A DNA stretch of 64,000 nucleotides from Chara braunii. Taxonomy: Eukaryota > Plantae > Charophyceae. This document shows, piece by piece, positions 60,400-64,000 of the stretch. How positions within the stretch are numbered: position 1 is the first letter of the stretch; each line of letters opens with the position of its first letter. Below the pieces are notes generated by a model, which made no database searches, was not told the origin of the DNA, and worked only from the letters and a program-made list of their open reading frames with translations. The position numbers and the translations under genes are program-made. The stretch is from assembly GCA_003427395.1 (NCBI GenBank), contig BFEA01000042.1, positions 2,173,194-2,237,193 of the forward strand, in the 5' to 3' direction.

Positions 60400-61290
60400 G
60401 GCAGTGCGTACTATTACAGTAAACCCCACCAGACTGAGTACCTACCAGCTGGGGCGGCCATTAATGGGGTGGCCGAATCGGCCTGCCCCTCCGGTCCAAA
60501 TTCATTCGAAGCTGGGGTGGGGGAACAATGGGGTAGGTACTGGTGGTTGTTCATTGATACTGACCCTGTATTGAATGTTCTGATATTTTGAGGAACCCTT
60601 TTTTTTTTTTTTCCATTCGAAAAAGAACCCTTCCAGGACGGCTCGCCAGTCCCTGGGAAAAAATGACCCTGCCAGTGGGACAATCAATAGTATGCTGGCA
60701 GTGCCATATCCTGTCCCACCAACCCCAGGTAAGGGCTGCCGAGGGGCACTGGCCGCAGAAAAAATGTGCTCGATGGTTTCGGCTTTTATTCCGCGCCTGG
60801 TAGCGCTGAAGGCACCCTTCACACCTTGGGAGAGCCCATCCCTGCTGTCACAGAGAAGACTTAGTGTGGTGTACCAGCCGGTTGTTGGTGGGCAGACATC
60901 TGTGATTCTGTGGGCTATTTGCGACTGCAGGGAACTTAGGGAAGTGGGTTTTGCTGGTGTACATTTGCTGTCTCGAAACCATCCTATCGCCGGGTGGAGC
61001 AGCAGCAAATCCTTCTTAAGGTGCTTGTGCCAGTGATCATTCACTATAATATCCCGCAAGTTGCGTCTGGGGGTCTGAAATTCTGAATCTGCTCATTCCG
61101 TATGTCACTGTATGCGTTCTTGCCATTCAGTCTGTCAGTGAGTTTCTGCGGCCATCTGGTTTTCTGTGTGGCCCATGTGCCTCCTTGTCTGCCCAGGATC
61201 AGATCCTGTCCTTCCCATTCCCATCGGTACGTTGGAGATCTCGACATACCCTTCGTACCCTGGTTCCAATTTGCGGAATATCCATCAGAC
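60400..61290 (-). mobile_element. Highly decayed LINE (family A-like) C-terminal relic
   Basis: KPTSLSSLQSQIAHR...PTTGW and ETIEHIF resemble KPAKIASLQWQISHRCLPTN and ETIEHIF; multiple frameshifts. Boundaries approximate. Confidence 0.65.
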
Positions 61291-61420
61291 ATGTAAAGCG
61301 TTCAGTCTCTTGATGAGTAAACTGACATTATCACCCTACCGTATGTGAAACTCGGCGTCTTCAACAAAAAAGTCTGTCACAGCGCCCCCCTTCTTGTCCT
61401 TTCCTTCCTTTCTGCATATG

Positions 61421-61513
<93 letters not shown>

Positions 61514-61516
61514 GTG

Positions 61517-61555
<39 letters not shown>

Positions 61556-64000
61556 GACAGAGAGAGAGTCTATATACATACTTATATGGACATACTTATA
61601 TATATACATATACTATATACAAGGGTCTTAAGACCAGAGGGACCGCTGGTTTTCATTTTCGATGGCCACTCTTCTCCATTGGTGGGGAGCTGCACGCGCC
61701 TGATCCTGCAGGAGACCAGGTACTGGCAGACAGGGTACAGCCTCCCTTACACTATGATAACAGACGGACATTATTTAATTTACAATGCACATTACGCTGC
61801 AGCTGATGCTTTAGTCAGCTACATAAGCTGAGGGCCTACTCTCAGCACGACTCGGACTTCTTAATCTACAGCTTCGGAATCCATGATACACAGACATGAT
61901 CCCTGTCACTGTTATGTGGATCCCCCCCACCTGCCCCATTGGGTGTCAAAGTGGTTACATAAACATGCATCCAGGGGAGGGCCCCCCAGGGCCTCCCTCT
62001 ATTAGTTGCTTGCTCCAAAATTATCCGCCGATCTGACCCTAACTGTCAGAGATGAAGAATGTCACACTGTCAGTGGAAATTTGGAAAACGAAATGGGGGT
62101 TGAAGACTTGGGCAAAGGGGCCCCTTCCCCCCCCCCCCCCCCCTTGCTTTCTAAGTGGGTCCTCACCTCTGGGGCCTAAGTTACTCTCGACTCATTGACA
62201 ACAACTAGTCTGGAATGCTATAAAAAAAAATTAAAAAATTAAAAAAAAACTAGTCTGGAATGCTAGCCTCCTTTATCAGACCTTTTTTCTTCGTTATTTT
62301 TTAATTCTGAAGTTGTCTTGGGATTACTGGCATCACTTGCATTTGTGAAGATATAAAAGATAGATAGCTTAGACTCTGAGCTCCTTTGCTTATCGTACGA
62401 ATACGTTAGTCAAATAAAGATAAAGACAGCCTCTCACTGGGAGTCATGTGGATCTCTCCGTCCCCAAAATTTAAGGCCAAATTCCCTTCTTTAGCAATTC
62501 TGAGTATGCCCAAAGAATCTAAGATGACATGACAGAAGATATAAGGATAGTGTACCAGTGTACCAGATGAAAGATGGACGGCCTGAGTGTGCCTGAGTGC
62601 TGTACTAGATAGGATCGTAGGAGAATTGGACAAAATTGGGGGCCTTAGAGAAATAGAGGGCTTACAGAAGGAAAGAGGGGGGGGCGTCATGAGTGCAGGG
62701 TACGCTTTGAAAAAATAAAAATAAAAAAAAATCAGAGTGTTTTTGAAAAACAGCACAAAAAATCAAGGAAAGACCAGAAAACAGGGGCCCGGGACGGTCT
62801 CGACCAATCATCATCAACTGGCTGGCCCCAGATCTTTCTTTCTTCTTTTTTTTTTTTTTCGAGAGGCCCCAGATCTTTCAGAATTTAGTATTTAGTATTT
62901 AGTATTTAGTATTTAGTACTCAATGACATCTGATTCCATCCAGATTCAAACCTATGTCTGCATATCAACAGTTCAGTTCATGGGTGTAGAATTCAGCCTA
63001 AGCATGGATGGGTCCATGGTGTAAGCTATTATATTGCTTTCCTGTTCGGGAATCTCTGCTCCGTTATTTCTTTCTTTTTTTTTTTTTTTTTTTCCTTTTT
63101 TTTTCCTAGTCTGCCGAGCCCTCCAGAGTCCATACCCTGCTGCGCGTCTGGGTTCAGGATGAAGTTGTCAAACGTCCCGATGCATCTTCCTTCCCAGATA
63201 GCCCACCCGACTGGCAGAGTGTCGCCCACGTTTTGTCCGCCCAGACTCCAGTTTCACAAAGGCCCTCTTAACTTGAATGAGAGGGGGATTAGCTTTTGGT
63301 GCCTGAACTTGGGGACTGAAACTGGAGTCTGGGCGGACAAAAGGGAATGTCAGCTGTCTTTTTCTGCTGCCAATAGTTGTAGAGTCCTACTTTATAGAGT
63401 CGGTGCAGCGATGACACAGATTTTGCCATTTTGGACGTTTTCGATCCCTCCGAGTCTGACACCTGTGTACACACATTCAGAATCTATGAAAATTTGTAGT
63501 GCAAAGTGATGCAGCGAGGCCCAATGGATGTTAAAAAAAAAAGTAGGGCAGAAATAGCTGCAGGGAGCAGACTCGGAGCAGAGCCTGCAGCAGCCGAGCG
63601 GATGAATGAACAGGACTGTCACACTGAAGGAGGCCCGGCCATCAGGCCCGACCATCGGGCCTGGAGCAGAGCCTGAAGCAGTCCAAGGGATGAAGGAACA
63701 TGACAATATAGGAGTCCCCCTCCCATACAAGCGGAAAGACGTACACAAACTCTTTCTATACTTCGCACCTCAAACTAGTACTTGCTAGGTCCCAATCTCC
63801 TGCGTAACAGATGACATTGTGCATCGTACATTACAGGGAAGCTTCCCAGCAGGTGCTGCTCCCCACTGATATATGGAGCCTTTCAATGCAAAAAAAAAAA
63901 AAAAAAAAAAAAAAAACAGGACAATGTAAACCATGGTAACCCCGGACCCGGACACAGGACACTTCCGGACTGTCTTCCGGACCAGTGCCTGGACCGGTCC

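Overview
Eukaryotic, repeat-saturated draft sequence with 8 long N-gaps and Nextera mate-pair adapter read-through. The plant-type U2/U6 snRNA sequences suggest the green-plant lineage; a streptophyte alga is my guess. There are no prokaryotic features. Most long ORF-track entries are decayed L1/Tx1-like LINE ORF2 fragments of at least two families, or microsatellite/gap artefacts. Five minus-strand exon candidates (57171 to 21021; the three testable junctions are phase-compatible) suggest a host gene whose ~16-17 kb introns are filled with transposons. The window also holds several MITE families (3-bp TAA-like, CCWGG, TA and TTAA flanks), tRNA-like SINE heads, a promoter-bearing but 3'-truncated U2 gene, U2/U6 pseudogene fragments and two Penelope-type hammerhead motifs. 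Most notable are: (i) ten RNA-like stem-loops with an invariant UAAGAU loop and unit-specific complementary stems (47315-48139), inside a 7-kb non-coding TIR element; (ii) four different Harbinger-type elements abutting through single shared TAA triplets (43470-51909); (iii) a covarying 3' stem-loop shared by LINE tails and many short retroposed copies.
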